From Leptospirales bacterium (lineage in GTDB: Bacteria > Spirochaetota > Leptospiria > Turneriellales > JAOUFE01), in the NCBI GenBank assembly GCA_040326155.1, contig JBEQLE010000020.1, positions 1 to 60,597 of the forward strand: 60,597 nt of DNA. Reading direction: 5' to 3'. This document shows positions 30,862-39,986 of this stretch, piece by piece. The notes under the pieces are model-generated. The model saw nothing but the letters and a program-made list of their open reading frames with translations. It was not told the origin of the DNA and made no database searches. The position numbers and the translations under genes are program-made. Every line of letters starts with the position of its first letter. The stretch's first letter is position 1.

Positions 30862-31719
30862 TCACGAAGCGGTGTCAGGGATTCTGGTGCGGCGATAGAC
30901 GTAGACAATTGCGGCGGGCCAGAAAAACATCACAAGTAAAATTAGTACGACTATATTGAGTTTTTTCTTTTCAGTAAACTGGCCCGGTAAATCGGTTTTC
31001 TTATAAAGTTCATTTAGAATTTTCGACTTTGTGTTGTTAAAAAAATCGGCGGGCAGGGCGGTGTTGCAATAAGCGCAGGCCAGCTCAGAAAGGTTCGCCA
31101 GGGTAACCATCTGGTTAATGGCGTTACCACAATTCGGACATTTCTCGTTCAGGGCGTATTCGGTTCGCAGGCGACCGTCAATAATTTTTTTCTCTTGCAG
31201 GTCTAAAACATAAAAGGCGGCGGCCTGTGCGTTAATAATCGGTAATGCTTTTTGTATGGCTTTTAAATCGAGATTACTTCCGGACTGAAGATCAGCCAGT
31301 GAAATTTCACGGGTATGGCGCAGAATTTTCCAGAGTTGAAAAATTTTTTTCTCCCACGATCTGAACCTCAACCCTCCCAGCCACAATCCGAGACCAGAAA
31401 CTATAAAGAAAATTAATAAGCCAACCGTTAGCGGAGTTGTTTGCTCAATTCCAGCGTCTTCCACATACTGGCCGGGGTAAAGTTCTTGAACGCTTTCTAT
31501 GGCTTCATCGGAATAGTGGTGCTCGAAAACAGCGCTGCCACCTTTTGTCTTTCCGGAATAAATTTTAAAATGCGTTAACTCCATCGTCTCTGTTAACGCC
31601 CAGAGTGTCGATATAATTAGCACCGTCATACCAATTCGAATAAACCAGTTGTCTATTTTGAGGATATTTGTTTTCACTATTTTACCACCGTCCCAAAAGA
31701 ACTGGAGTTTTTTTCTCAT
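30862..31719 (-). CDS. Hypothetical membrane protein with zinc ribbon (start uncertain)
   Basis: TM helices, CPNCG...CAYC, C-terminal FFWPAAIVY TM segment. Confidence 0.7.
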   Translation of the reverse strand: MRKKLQFFWDGGKIVKTNILKIDNWFIRIGMTVLIISTLWALTETMELTHFKIYSGKTKGGSAVFEHHYSDEAIESVQELYPGQYVEDAGIEQTTPLTVGLLIFFIVSGLGLWLGGLRFRSWEKKIFQLWKILRHTREISLADLQSGSNLDLKAIQKALPIINAQAAAFYVLDLQEKKIIDGRLRTEYALNEKCPNCGNAINQMVTLANLSELACAYCNTALPADFFNNTKSKILNELYKKTDLPGQFTEKKKLNIVVLILLVMFFWPAAIVYVYRRTRIPDTAS

Positions 31720-31753
31720 GGTCAAGCCCTTTTTTTGAATTAAGAAAGAGAGT

Positions 31754-31876
31754 TAGACAGGAATGACCGGTTTACAAGATAAGAAAAGAGTAACCATATG
31801 GAATGCTGGAAATACAGGAGAAGAGGACTAAGAAAAATAGACAGGATTTACATGATTAACAGGATAAGAGAAGAGT
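31754..31876 (+). repeat. Two direct copies of the about 38-bp dispersed repeat
   Basis: TAGACAGGAATGACCGGTTTACAAGATAAGAAAAGAGT (31754-31791) and TAGACAGGATTTACATGATTAACAGGATAAGAGAAGAGT (31838-31876). Confidence 0.75.
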
Positions 31877-31940
31877 TTGCAACGAGGGGCGCGCCAAGCC
31901 CCCGGTTTTGATCGAGTTAGTCCTGAATGGATTGCAAAAC

Positions 31941-32002
31941 TTGATAATATGTCGCATCCAGTTTTATGTAATATGAAGGTTGTACTTTCATATTACATAA
32001 AA
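31941..32002 (+). promoter_or_regulatory. Upstream copy of a promoter/palindrome module
   Basis: TTGATAATATGTCG...TTTTATGTAATATGAAGGT-tgt-ACTTTCATATTACATAAAA (19-bp arms, 1 mismatch). Confidence 0.7.
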
Positions 32003-32122
32003 GTCAGATCGCTCCAGATCGCAAACGATGATCAGAAATAAAACATGGGTATGGCAACTTTTTAAAACGCAGAGTATTATACCTGGCCGGACAACTGTGA
32101 CAGCTGAAATCTTTGATTAATA

Positions 32123-32187
32123 TTGACAATATGTCGTCCCTACATATTATGTAATATGAAGGAACAACCTTCATATTACATAATATG
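32123..32187 (+). promoter_or_regulatory. Sigma70-like promoter with a perfect palindrome (20-bp arms) ending in the ATPase start codon
   Basis: TTGACA-16 nt-TATTAT; CATATTATGTAATATGAAGG-aacaa-CCTTCATATTACATAATATG (32143-32187). Confidence 0.75.
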
Positions 32188-33363
32188 GTAAAGCGCATTA
32201 TTGATAAATATTTACAGAAACTGGCTAAACAGTATTCGGTAATTACGTTAACTGGACCAAGGCAGTCAGGTAAAACTACGCTTTGTAAAATGGCTTTTCC
32301 CGATAAACCTTATGTGAATCTGGAAAGTCCCGACATACGGGCTTTTGCGCTAGAAGACCCACGGGGGTTTTTAAACAAGTACGCAAAAACCGGGGCAATT
32401 CTGGACGAAATACAGAGAGCTCCCGAACTTCCATCTTATATGCAGCCCATTATCGATGAATCGAAAAGTAAAGGGCGTTTTATTTTAACGGGAAGTCAGC
32501 AGTTTAAAATTACAAATTCCGTAAATCAGTCTCTGGCGGGGCGAACAGCATTACTAAAATTGCTCCCTTTGTCGGTGGAGGAGTTAAACTCTCGTCCTGG
32601 TAGTAAGCCGATACCAGTTGCCGAAATGATGTATAAAGGGTTTTACCCCAGAATTTATAACGAGAAGTTAAATGCGACGCAGGCCTTAAGCGATTATTTT
32701 GAAACCTATGTCGAGCGAGACATTCGAACTTTAAGCGAAATAAAAAACCTCTATTTGTTTCAGAAATTTGTTCGAGCGTGCGCTGGTCGGTCAGGCCAAC
32801 TTTTAAATCTGGTCAATTTAGGTAACGATATCGGGGTTTCACATACAACGGCAAAAGAGTGGTTGAGTTTATTGCAGGCAAGTTATGTTGTTTTTTTGCT
32901 GGAGCCATGGCACACGAATCTTACAAAACGGCTTATTAAATCTCCGAAACTCTATTTTTATGACACCGGGTTAGCCGCCTATTTGCTGGGAATTGAAAAT
33001 ATAAAACACATCGAACATCACCCACTTCGCGGTGCCCTGTTTGAAAACATGGTGGTTATGGAAATTTTGAAATACCGATACAACAGAGGGCAAAAAAATA
33101 ATCTGAATTTTTACAGAGACAGCAATGGTAATGAAATTGACGTTCTATACAATATGGCGCAAAATATTTTACCCATAGAGATTAAAGCTGGCGAAACCAT
33201 TACAAAAGATTACATGAAAGGGTTTCCCCCTTTTGAAAAATTAACCCAGAATCTGCCCTGGGGAAATTGTGTAATTTATGCTGGCGACAAAACCCAGAAA
33301 AGGACGCAAGCTCTAATAACAAACATCCATGAAATACCAAAAGTACTGCGCAAAGTAAAGTAG
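32185..33363 (+). CDS. AAA+ ATPase (AAA_14) with DUF4143 and C-terminal PD-(D/E)XK-like motif (COG1373-type)
   Basis: GPRQSGKTT, ILDEIQ, LTGSQ, SLAGR, KSPKLYFYDTGL, GALFEN, EID...IEIK. Confidence 0.93.
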   Translation: MVKRIIDKYLQKLAKQYSVITLTGPRQSGKTTLCKMAFPDKPYVNLESPDIRAFALEDPRGFLNKYAKTGAILDEIQRAPELPSYMQPIIDESKSKGRFILTGSQQFKITNSVNQSLAGRTALLKLLPLSVEELNSRPGSKPIPVAEMMYKGFYPRIYNEKLNATQALSDYFETYVERDIRTLSEIKNLYLFQKFVRACAGRSGQLLNLVNLGNDIGVSHTTAKEWLSLLQASYVVFLLEPWHTNLTKRLIKSPKLYFYDTGLAAYLLGIENIKHIEHHPLRGALFENMVVMEILKYRYNRGQKNNLNFYRDSNGNEIDVLYNMAQNILPIEIKAGETITKDYMKGFPPFEKLTQNLPWGNCVIYAGDKTQKRTQALITNIHEIPKVLRKVK

Positions 33364-33428
33364 AAACGTGTAAAGTTATTTGCTAACCGGCACAACTTAG
33401 ACTGAAAATGCCTATTGCATGTAATAAC

Positions 33429-33836
33429 TTATTTTGCATACTCTAAACCGGTAAGTTCGTCAAGCTGCATTGCTTGTCCGGCTTCTGGAATGTATACTAT
33501 CCTTCTGGTCCAATATATTTTCAGTTTACTGTTTTTTAATTTTTTCGGTATAGGTCCTTTCGATTTAAGTTTTGAAATTTCAATATCGATATTCGGTTTT
33601 AGTTGATACAGGTACCAGTAATTTAACTCTTTGCCATTTTCATCTCTAAAATTGACATGCAGATAATCTCCCCACTCTACGGATTGAAAATATCCGTAAC
33701 TAATTCCATGTTGAATGATTCTCTCTTTTTTAGATTCATTCGCCGCAACATCTTCTGTTTTTACGTGCTGTTTTGTACATGCCGAAAACAGTGTTGCAAA
33801 CGTGATCGCAGATATTAAAAATAGTATTTTTTTCAT
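33429..33836 (-). CDS. Hypothetical lipoprotein
   Basis: Lipobox LFSA-C; WGDYLH motif. Confidence 0.75.
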   Translation of the reverse strand: MKKILFLISAITFATLFSACTKQHVKTEDVAANESKKERIIQHGISYGYFQSVEWGDYLHVNFRDENGKELNYWYLYQLKPNIDIEISKLKSKGPIPKKLKNSKLKIYWTRRIVYIPEAGQAMQLDELTGLEYAK

Positions 33837-33875
33837 TGGAAAATCCTTTGTTGCAATTTCCTCTTCTCTGTGTAG

Positions 33876-35099
33876 CTACTTCAATGAACTAAAAAATTCT
33901 TCCATGCGGTTTAACCCTTTTTCAATGAGTTCCATCGAAGTGGCATAGCTCAGGCGAATTCCGTTGTCAGCACCAAAAGCAATGCCGGGAACAACGGCCA
34001 CCATGTAATCTTCAAGAAGTACTTTAGCCAGAGTTTTCGAAAGGCTTTTCTCGTTATACTTTTTTTGCAGTTGTATAAAAGACTCTTTTTGCGAGAGCTC
34101 TTGAATATCTGGAAAAATATAAAAAGCCCCGCCGGGTTTAATGGCTTGTAATCCATTCATTTCGTTTATTCGTTTGTGCATGTAGTCTCGTCTTTTTGTA
34201 AACGCTTCAAGCATTTCACTTACGGCAGATTGGTCTCCTGTTAGAGCTTCCATTCCACCATACTGGGCAAAGGTAGTTGCATGAGATGTACTTTGTCCCT
34301 GTATTTTAGCGATAGCTTTTAGCAGCTCAGGATTGTCGGTCGCGGCGTAGCCAAGTCTCCAACCGGTCATGGCATACCCTTTCGAAAGCCCGTTAATTAC
34401 AACTGTTCGCTCTTTCAGCTCGGGAGCCGCCATGACTATATTTACAAAAGAAGAACCGTCGTATAAAATTTTCTCGTAAATGTCGTCGGTAATAATCCAG
34501 ACCTGGGGGTGTTTTTTCAATATTTCGGCAAATTCTCTTAACTCATCGGCAGAATAAACCGTTCCTGTCGGGTTCGATGGGGAGTTTAATATTATCGCTT
34601 TGGTTTTTTTTGTAATGGAACTTTCCAGTTGTTCGGGAGATATTTTAAAGTTTTTATCAATGGTGGTAGGTAATATGGTTGGTTCGCCTTCTGCAAGCAG
34701 CACAATATCACGATAGCTGACCCAATACGGCCCCGGTATAATGACTTCATCTTCGGGGTTTACAAGTGCCATAATTACATTGTATAATGCCTGTTTACCA
34801 CCGCAGCTGACAATAATCTGGGAGGGTTTGTAATCAAGTGAATTCTCTTTTTTCAGTTTATCGGCAATTGCCTTGCGAAATTCCAGAACTCCGGCAACAG
34901 ACGTGTATTTGGTTTTACCTTCATCGAGAGCTTTTTTTGCGGCCTCTTTAATGTTTGCAGGAGTATCGAAATCGGGTTCTCCGGCGCCAAAGCCAACGAT
35001 GTCTTTACCTTCTGCTTTAAGTTGGGCTGCAATAGCGGTAATTTGCATCGTCGCCGATGGTTCAATTCGGTTTAAACGGCGGGCTAGAGTATTTTTCAT
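33876..35099 (-). CDS. PLP-dependent aminotransferase class I (aspartate aminotransferase type)
   Basis: GAGEPDF, NSPSNPTG, DDIY, NGLSKGYAMTGWRLGY (PLP lysine), IRLSYA. Confidence 0.95.
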   Translation of the reverse strand: MKNTLARRLNRIEPSATMQITAIAAQLKAEGKDIVGFGAGEPDFDTPANIKEAAKKALDEGKTKYTSVAGVLEFRKAIADKLKKENSLDYKPSQIIVSCGGKQALYNVIMALVNPEDEVIIPGPYWVSYRDIVLLAEGEPTILPTTIDKNFKISPEQLESSITKKTKAIILNSPSNPTGTVYSADELREFAEILKKHPQVWIITDDIYEKILYDGSSFVNIVMAAPELKERTVVINGLSKGYAMTGWRLGYAATDNPELLKAIAKIQGQSTSHATTFAQYGGMEALTGDQSAVSEMLEAFTKRRDYMHKRINEMNGLQAIKPGGAFYIFPDIQELSQKESFIQLQKKYNEKSLSKTLAKVLLEDYMVAVVPGIAFGADNGIRLSYATSMELIEKGLNRMEEFFSSLK

Positions 35100-35190
35100 A
35101 CCTTCTGTTGATTTTTGTATGCAGAACGACAAGTCCTTTTTCACTTGTAGCTATGGCTTTAACCCTGGAATTGACGGACTAAATTAACCT

Positions 35191-36549
35191 ATGGCCAAAA
35201 CATATTATATTGAAACCTATGGCTGTCAAATGAACCAGTATGACAGCTTAATTACCGGTGAAATTCTGGAAAATAAAAAACTCGAAAGGGTTCTTGTTCC
35301 AGATGAAGCCGATCTTATTCTAATCAACACCTGTTCTGTTCGAGAGAACGCTCACCAGAAAGTTTACAATCGGTTGCAAAACCTCGGCCACCTGCAAAGA
35401 AAAGGGGCGAAAATCGGTATACTCGGGTGTATGGCGCAGGCTCTCGGGGAATCACTTTTTGAAAAAGGGCTTCCGGTGAATATAATTGCAGGGCCAGACT
35501 CTTTAAAAAAGATTCTCGACTCGCAAGACGATCAAGTCGCTTATTTAGATAAAACCAGGGACGAAACTTACGAAGATATTATTCCCTCTATAGACCGTCA
35601 TCTGGGTATAAACAAAGACTCGTTAAATGCATATGTGGCAATTCAACGCGGTTGCAATAATTTTTGTACGTTTTGCGTGGTGCCGTTTACGAGGGGCAGG
35701 GAACGGACGCGCTCACCCGATTCTATTGTGCAAGAGATTAAAGCTTTGGTCGACTGCGGTATGAAAACCATTACCTTGCTGGGTCAAAATGTAAACTCAT
35801 ACCAACACGATGAAATTTCGTTCACCGATCTGGTTAAAAAAATTCTCGATGAAACCGATGTCAAAAGATTATATTATAGTTCACCACACCCAAAAGATTT
35901 TCCCGAAGAGCTTATTACTCTTACCTCCCAAAACAGCAGAATGGGAACCATGGTTCATATACCGCTGCAATCGGGTAGTGACCGAATTTTAGAATTAATG
36001 AAACGAGAGTACACGTCAAAAGAGTTTCTTCGCCTGGTCGATTTGTTTCGAAATACCATACCCGAGCTCTCTTTAACTACAGATGTTATTGTCGGCTTTC
36101 CCGGTGAAACGCAAAGTGAATTTGAAGATACATTAGATATTATGGAAAAATCTGATTTTGACGCAGCCTTTATGTTTTCCTATTCAGAAAGACCCTGGAC
36201 CTATGCAAGTAAACACTACCAGGATGATATATCGTCCGATGAAAAAAGTGAAAGACTTGCCCGGCTAATTGAACTTCAGTTGAAACGTTCTTTGAAAAAA
36301 AACCGGGTGTTTGAAAATAGTCGCGTGAAAATTATGATCGAAGGAATTTCCCGCAGAAGCGACAGCGAAATTATTGGCACAACGCTGAGTGGTAAAAAAG
36401 TCATAGCCCCCATTCCAGAAGGCACAGCGCTCTTAAGTCTGTTAGGTCAAGAACATGACGTACTTATCCAAAAAGCCACAAGCAGTACATTATGGGGTAA
36501 TATAGTAAATCCGCAAAATGATAATACGACCGAGAAGGCAACCATATGA
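35191..36549 (+). CDS. miaB: tRNA-2-methylthio-N6-dimethylallyladenosine synthase MiaB
   Basis: TYGCQMN, NTCSVRE, GCMAQ, radical SAM CNNFCTFC, LLGQNVNSY, SPHP, IVGFPGET, TRAM domain. Confidence 0.93.
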   Translation: MAKTYYIETYGCQMNQYDSLITGEILENKKLERVLVPDEADLILINTCSVRENAHQKVYNRLQNLGHLQRKGAKIGILGCMAQALGESLFEKGLPVNIIAGPDSLKKILDSQDDQVAYLDKTRDETYEDIIPSIDRHLGINKDSLNAYVAIQRGCNNFCTFCVVPFTRGRERTRSPDSIVQEIKALVDCGMKTITLLGQNVNSYQHDEISFTDLVKKILDETDVKRLYYSSPHPKDFPEELITLTSQNSRMGTMVHIPLQSGSDRILELMKREYTSKEFLRLVDLFRNTIPELSLTTDVIVGFPGETQSEFEDTLDIMEKSDFDAAFMFSYSERPWTYASKHYQDDISSDEKSERLARLIELQLKRSLKKNRVFENSRVKIMIEGISRRSDSEIIGTTLSGKKVIAPIPEGTALLSLLGQEHDVLIQKATSSTLWGNIVNPQNDNTTEKATI

Positions 36550-37232
36550 AATTAAGTATATTAGAAGAACTCGATGAAGAGCATCGTATCATTGAAGAAG
36601 TTGCAGGCTCTTTAGTCTGTTTTTCTCGCCTGGCAAGAGATGGCAAACTTGAACAACCTGCTAAAGAACTAAAAACCTTCACTCGATATTTTACTAAATT
36701 TCTCGAAGGGTATCATTTTAAAAAAGAGACAGAAATTGTCTTCGACGCTCTTATACAACAAGGCATTCCCGCGCAGAAAGGCCCGATCTATTATTACGAA
36801 CTCGAACATGACCTGCATAAAGAACAGATTACTCATCTTGAAAAATTTACTTCATTAATATCCTGGAGCGATGATGACAAAAACGAAGTTGTAAAACTAT
36901 GCGAAAAGTTTTGCGCTGAAGTATGGGAGCACATAGATAAAGAAGACAGCGTTGTGTTTTCTGAAGTCGAAGAAAGAGTCAAAGGTAAAACAGTCAAAGA
37001 GACCCAACAGAAACATATTGAATTCGAAAAAAAACATGACCGCGCCGCTTTCTTGAAAACAGGATCTGAATTTATAGAAAAATACAAACCTGTTGACAAA
37101 ATTGTTGATGTAATTCGGGGCGATGGATGTATGAGCTGTCGTTATTACGGAGAAGGTTGCAGCGGTATTGAACACGAGTGGTGGACTGAACACGAGTGGG
37201 AAGATTTTTTTGCCCGCAACAAAGGAGATTAA
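36546..37232 (+). CDS. Hemerythrin/HHE-domain protein with C-terminal CxxC-x6-C motif
   Basis: EEH, HFKKE, LEHD, EHIDKED motifs; tail CMSCRYYGEGCSGIEHEWW; ATGA overlap with miaB. Confidence 0.75.
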   Translation: MKLSILEELDEEHRIIEEVAGSLVCFSRLARDGKLEQPAKELKTFTRYFTKFLEGYHFKKETEIVFDALIQQGIPAQKGPIYYYELEHDLHKEQITHLEKFTSLISWSDDDKNEVVKLCEKFCAEVWEHIDKEDSVVFSEVEERVKGKTVKETQQKHIEFEKKHDRAAFLKTGSEFIEKYKPVDKIVDVIRGDGCMSCRYYGEGCSGIEHEWWTEHEWEDFFARNKGD

Positions 37233-37663
37233 TGTATAAACACTCTTTTTCAAAAATCGTCTTTCGGCTTTCTTTCGTTTTCAATATAGTTTTATTTTCG
37301 GGGTGCCTGAGCGGCGTCGATGTTTATCTTCTAAGCGGGCAGGTCCGTTGTAATTCAAGTAAAAATATAACGACCGCCAAACATAAAATTACAATACTAA
37401 AAGATGAATTGCCAGATGGCAAACATGACAACGCTATTAAAATTGGCAATGTATCTATTCGTTATGTACAAACGGATTTTCGCGAGACAGCCATCGAACT
37501 TCTGAAAGAAAAAGCGGCGCAATGCGGAGCTCAAATGTTGTACCTACACCCTGAAAAAAGTATTTACAATAAAATAGATGTAGAAGCTTCGGGGCAGACG
37601 ACAGGCGCTTATCACCCCTCCATGTATGACCAAGTGGGAACTATGTATCGATACCGGAAATAA
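37232..37663 (+). CDS. Hypothetical lipoprotein
   Basis: ATG overlaps the upstream TAA with a GGAG RBS; lipobox LFSG-C; LKEKAAQCGA motif. Confidence 0.65.
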   Translation: MYKHSFSKIVFRLSFVFNIVLFSGCLSGVDVYLLSGQVRCNSSKNITTAKHKITILKDELPDGKHDNAIKIGNVSIRYVQTDFRETAIELLKEKAAQCGAQMLYLHPEKSIYNKIDVEASGQTTGAYHPSMYDQVGTMYRYRK

Positions 37664-38687
37664 GAACCGGCTTAGTATCTCTTTTAATAATCTTGCCAAG
37701 CAGCTTTGCATCGAAGCTTTCCATTTTTTTTCTACCATCGGCAGAGTCCGGTATAACCGCAATAATGCCAATTCCCATATTGAAAGTAGAATAAAGATCA
37801 ACTGGTTTCACATATTTAGATAAAAATTGAAATATATCTTTTTGAAACGATTCGGGTTTTTCTACCAGCGCGGCAAAATCGTCCGGTAAAATTCGTTCGA
37901 GGTTTTCGTATAAACCGCCCCCGGTAATATGGGCAAGGGCTTTCACTTCCGTTTGTTGAATTAATTCAGGCAGAAAAGTGTAAATTGTAGTTGGTGTAAG
38001 CAACTCGTTTTGTATCCATTTTTGGTCCTTTATCAGTTGGTTGTATTTTTCGGGTTCGTTTTTTTCGAGTTCGGCAAATATTTTGCGAACAAGTGAAAAC
38101 CCATTGGAGTGCAACCCCGACGAAGAAAACCCGTACAAAAGATCACCTTCACCTATAGTATCGATTTTTGGTAAATGAGCATCTGGAGCAACACTGCCGA
38201 CACAAAAACCGGCAAGGTCAAAATCGTCATCGGCCATAACTCCAGGGTGCTCCGCCGTTTCGCCGCCTAAAAGGGCCATAGAAGTTTTTTCACAAGCTCT
38301 TGAAATCGATTCAATAACAGTATGATACCACGAGTCAGAGAGTTTGCCGCAGGCAATATAATCGAGAAAAAAGAGGGGAGTGGCGCCCACACAGTAAAGG
38401 TCGTTTACGCACATGGCAACAAGATCTTCGCCAAGCCCTTCAAGATAGTTGAACTGTTTTGCAAGATGAATTTTTGTTCCGACACCGTCCGTAGCGGCGA
38501 CCAGATTTGCCCCGTTGTGTTGCGCAGAAGGGTTGAAAATACCGGCAAAACCACCGAAGTTATCAACAACGGAACCTGTACCGGCACTTTGAGCTTTTTT
38601 ATGAGTATTTTGAATAACGGTTTTCAGGTCCGTTACATATTTTCTGGCTTTTTCTGTATCAACACCGGCTTTTTTATAATCCAACAC
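37641..38687 (-). CDS. purM: Phosphoribosylformylglycinamidine cyclo-ligase (AIR synthetase)
   Basis: YKKAGVD, TDGVGTK, DLVAMCVND, GGETAEHPG, SSGLHSNGFSLVR, HITGGG, TFNMGIG. Confidence 0.97.
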   Translation of the reverse strand: MLDYKKAGVDTEKARKYVTDLKTVIQNTHKKAQSAGTGSVVDNFGGFAGIFNPSAQHNGANLVAATDGVGTKIHLAKQFNYLEGLGEDLVAMCVNDLYCVGATPLFFLDYIACGKLSDSWYHTVIESISRACEKTSMALLGGETAEHPGVMADDDFDLAGFCVGSVAPDAHLPKIDTIGEGDLLYGFSSSGLHSNGFSLVRKIFAELEKNEPEKYNQLIKDQKWIQNELLTPTTIYTFLPELIQQTEVKALAHITGGGLYENLERILPDDFAALVEKPESFQKDIFQFLSKYVKPVDLYSTFNMGIGIIAVIPDSADGRKKMESFDAKLLGKIIKRDTKPVLISGIDT

Positions 38688-39565
38688 TATTGGACTTTAT
38701 CGGGGTACATGACGTCGAGACCATCAGTTTTTAATTGTTCATAAAACTTTTTGGCATCTTCTTTTGAACTAAAATCGCCCACCCAGACAAAATGCCACTT
38801 GCCTTTCGTTCCAACAAACACTCTAGAGCCATATTTATCTTCCAGATCTTCGCGAAATTTTTCCGCATTCATGCGAACTTTAAAAGCCCCAACACGAACA
38901 GTATAACCTTTCGGCGCGGTACCATCAGCAAAGAAATAGTCGGGTTCATTTACCTTCATAATCTGGTCAAAATCTTCATCGACGCCTTCCACCAGATCAG
39001 GATCTACCATATCAGAAGAGGAGTTTTCATTCACATTTTCATATGAATCTGTTTTTTCGGGAACGTTATCGGCTTTTGATAAAAAGTTATCTTTTCCTTC
39101 TTCAATAAGTTCGACCTCAACATGGGCCACACCTTTTTCAGCAAACCCGAGCTCACGCGCAGTGGCATAACTTACATCAATAATTCGTCCCTCAACATAA
39201 GGCCCACGGTCATTAATGCGAACCAACCGTTTTTTACCATTTTCAAGATTTCGTATAAGAACAATCGAACCCATAGGAAAAGTTCTATGCGCCGCAGTAA
39301 AATCATACATATCGAAAAGCTCACCGCTGGCAGTTGGCTTTCCATGAAGCTCCTTACCATACCAGGAAGAAAAACCGCGCGCAATATTCACATACGCCGG
39401 CCCATCTTTACTTCGTGTGTTTTTAGACTCGCCACCTTCAAAAAGCTCCGTTTCGAGGCTGTCATTCTTCTTATCATCCGCCTTGTTCCGTTTACCGGGA
39501 CGAGCCTGAGCCGAAGCGCACGCCGCGAAATATAATGCAAATATAATTATAAGGTACCTTTTCAT
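38687..39565 (-). CDS. rlpA: Septal ring lytic transglycosylase RlpA-family lipoprotein with SPOR domain
   Basis: SWYG...TASGE..D..FTAAHRT.P, VRINDRGPY..GRIIDVS; C-terminal YTVRVGAF SPOR domain. Confidence 0.9.
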   Translation of the reverse strand: MKRYLIIIFALYFAACASAQARPGKRNKADDKKNDSLETELFEGGESKNTRSKDGPAYVNIARGFSSWYGKELHGKPTASGELFDMYDFTAAHRTFPMGSIVLIRNLENGKKRLVRINDRGPYVEGRIIDVSYATARELGFAEKGVAHVEVELIEEGKDNFLSKADNVPEKTDSYENVNENSSSDMVDPDLVEGVDEDFDQIMKVNEPDYFFADGTAPKGYTVRVGAFKVRMNAEKFREDLEDKYGSRVFVGTKGKWHFVWVGDFSSKEDAKKFYEQLKTDGLDVMYPDKVQ

Positions 39566-39628
39566 ATATATATTTTCGGCGAATTCTAAAACTTATTAAG
39601 ACAATTATTTGTATTCGCTCCATTTATC

Positions 39629-39775
39629 TGGCGGGGAAAAGCGGTACATACTCCGACCGAATTATCGATTTTCCCCCCGGCTGGCTTGAGGCCGATAGCG
39701 GTAGCGGTTAGGCCGAAGGTCCGTCGAAATTTGAACAGAATTTCGGCGAAAGAACCTCCGGTTCTACGCTCCCCC
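39629..39775 (-). repeat. Structured intergenic element E3
   Basis: Minus strand GGGGGAGCGTAG...[GAACC/GGTTC, CGAAATT/AATTTCG, GGCC..CCGCTACCGCT..GGCC hairpins]...GGGGGGAAAA...CTTTTCCCCG. Confidence 0.6.
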
Positions 39776-39986
39776 TTTTACATTGTGGTGGGTGTATCTT
39801 TTTACTCAGGAAAGTAAATAACGGGCTTTGAAATTGTGAACCGTTCTTACAGTTCAGCCATAATGCTTTCGAGCAAATCCAGGTTTTTTCGAAACTCAGC
39901 AAAACCGGGCGCGCGCGCAATCGCGCCTTAGTAAATGAAAATCTGTTGAGTGAAAGTTTGGTCACTCATAGCAAAAAATAATTAAA

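Noticed and set aside
31754..31876. Two 38-bp repeats with a 46-nt spacer as a mini CRISPR array
   Set aside because: Only two divergent copies, internal 9-bp periodicity, no cas genes, and other copies are dispersed singly.
31886..31904. GGGGC-gcgccaa-GCCCC hairpin as a sixth structured element
   Set aside because: Only the 3' stem is present; too short to assign to the family.
39629..39775. tRNA, tmRNA, SRP or RNase P RNA
   Set aside because: No cloverleaf with T-loop and CCA end, and no SRP or RNase P conserved motifs recognised here or in the other G-run elements.
39708..39965. 85-aa minus-strand ORF and a nearby stop-interrupted short frame (MSDQTF...*GAIARAPGF...)
   Set aside because: No recognisable motif; overlaps structured element E3; cannot be supported as a gene.
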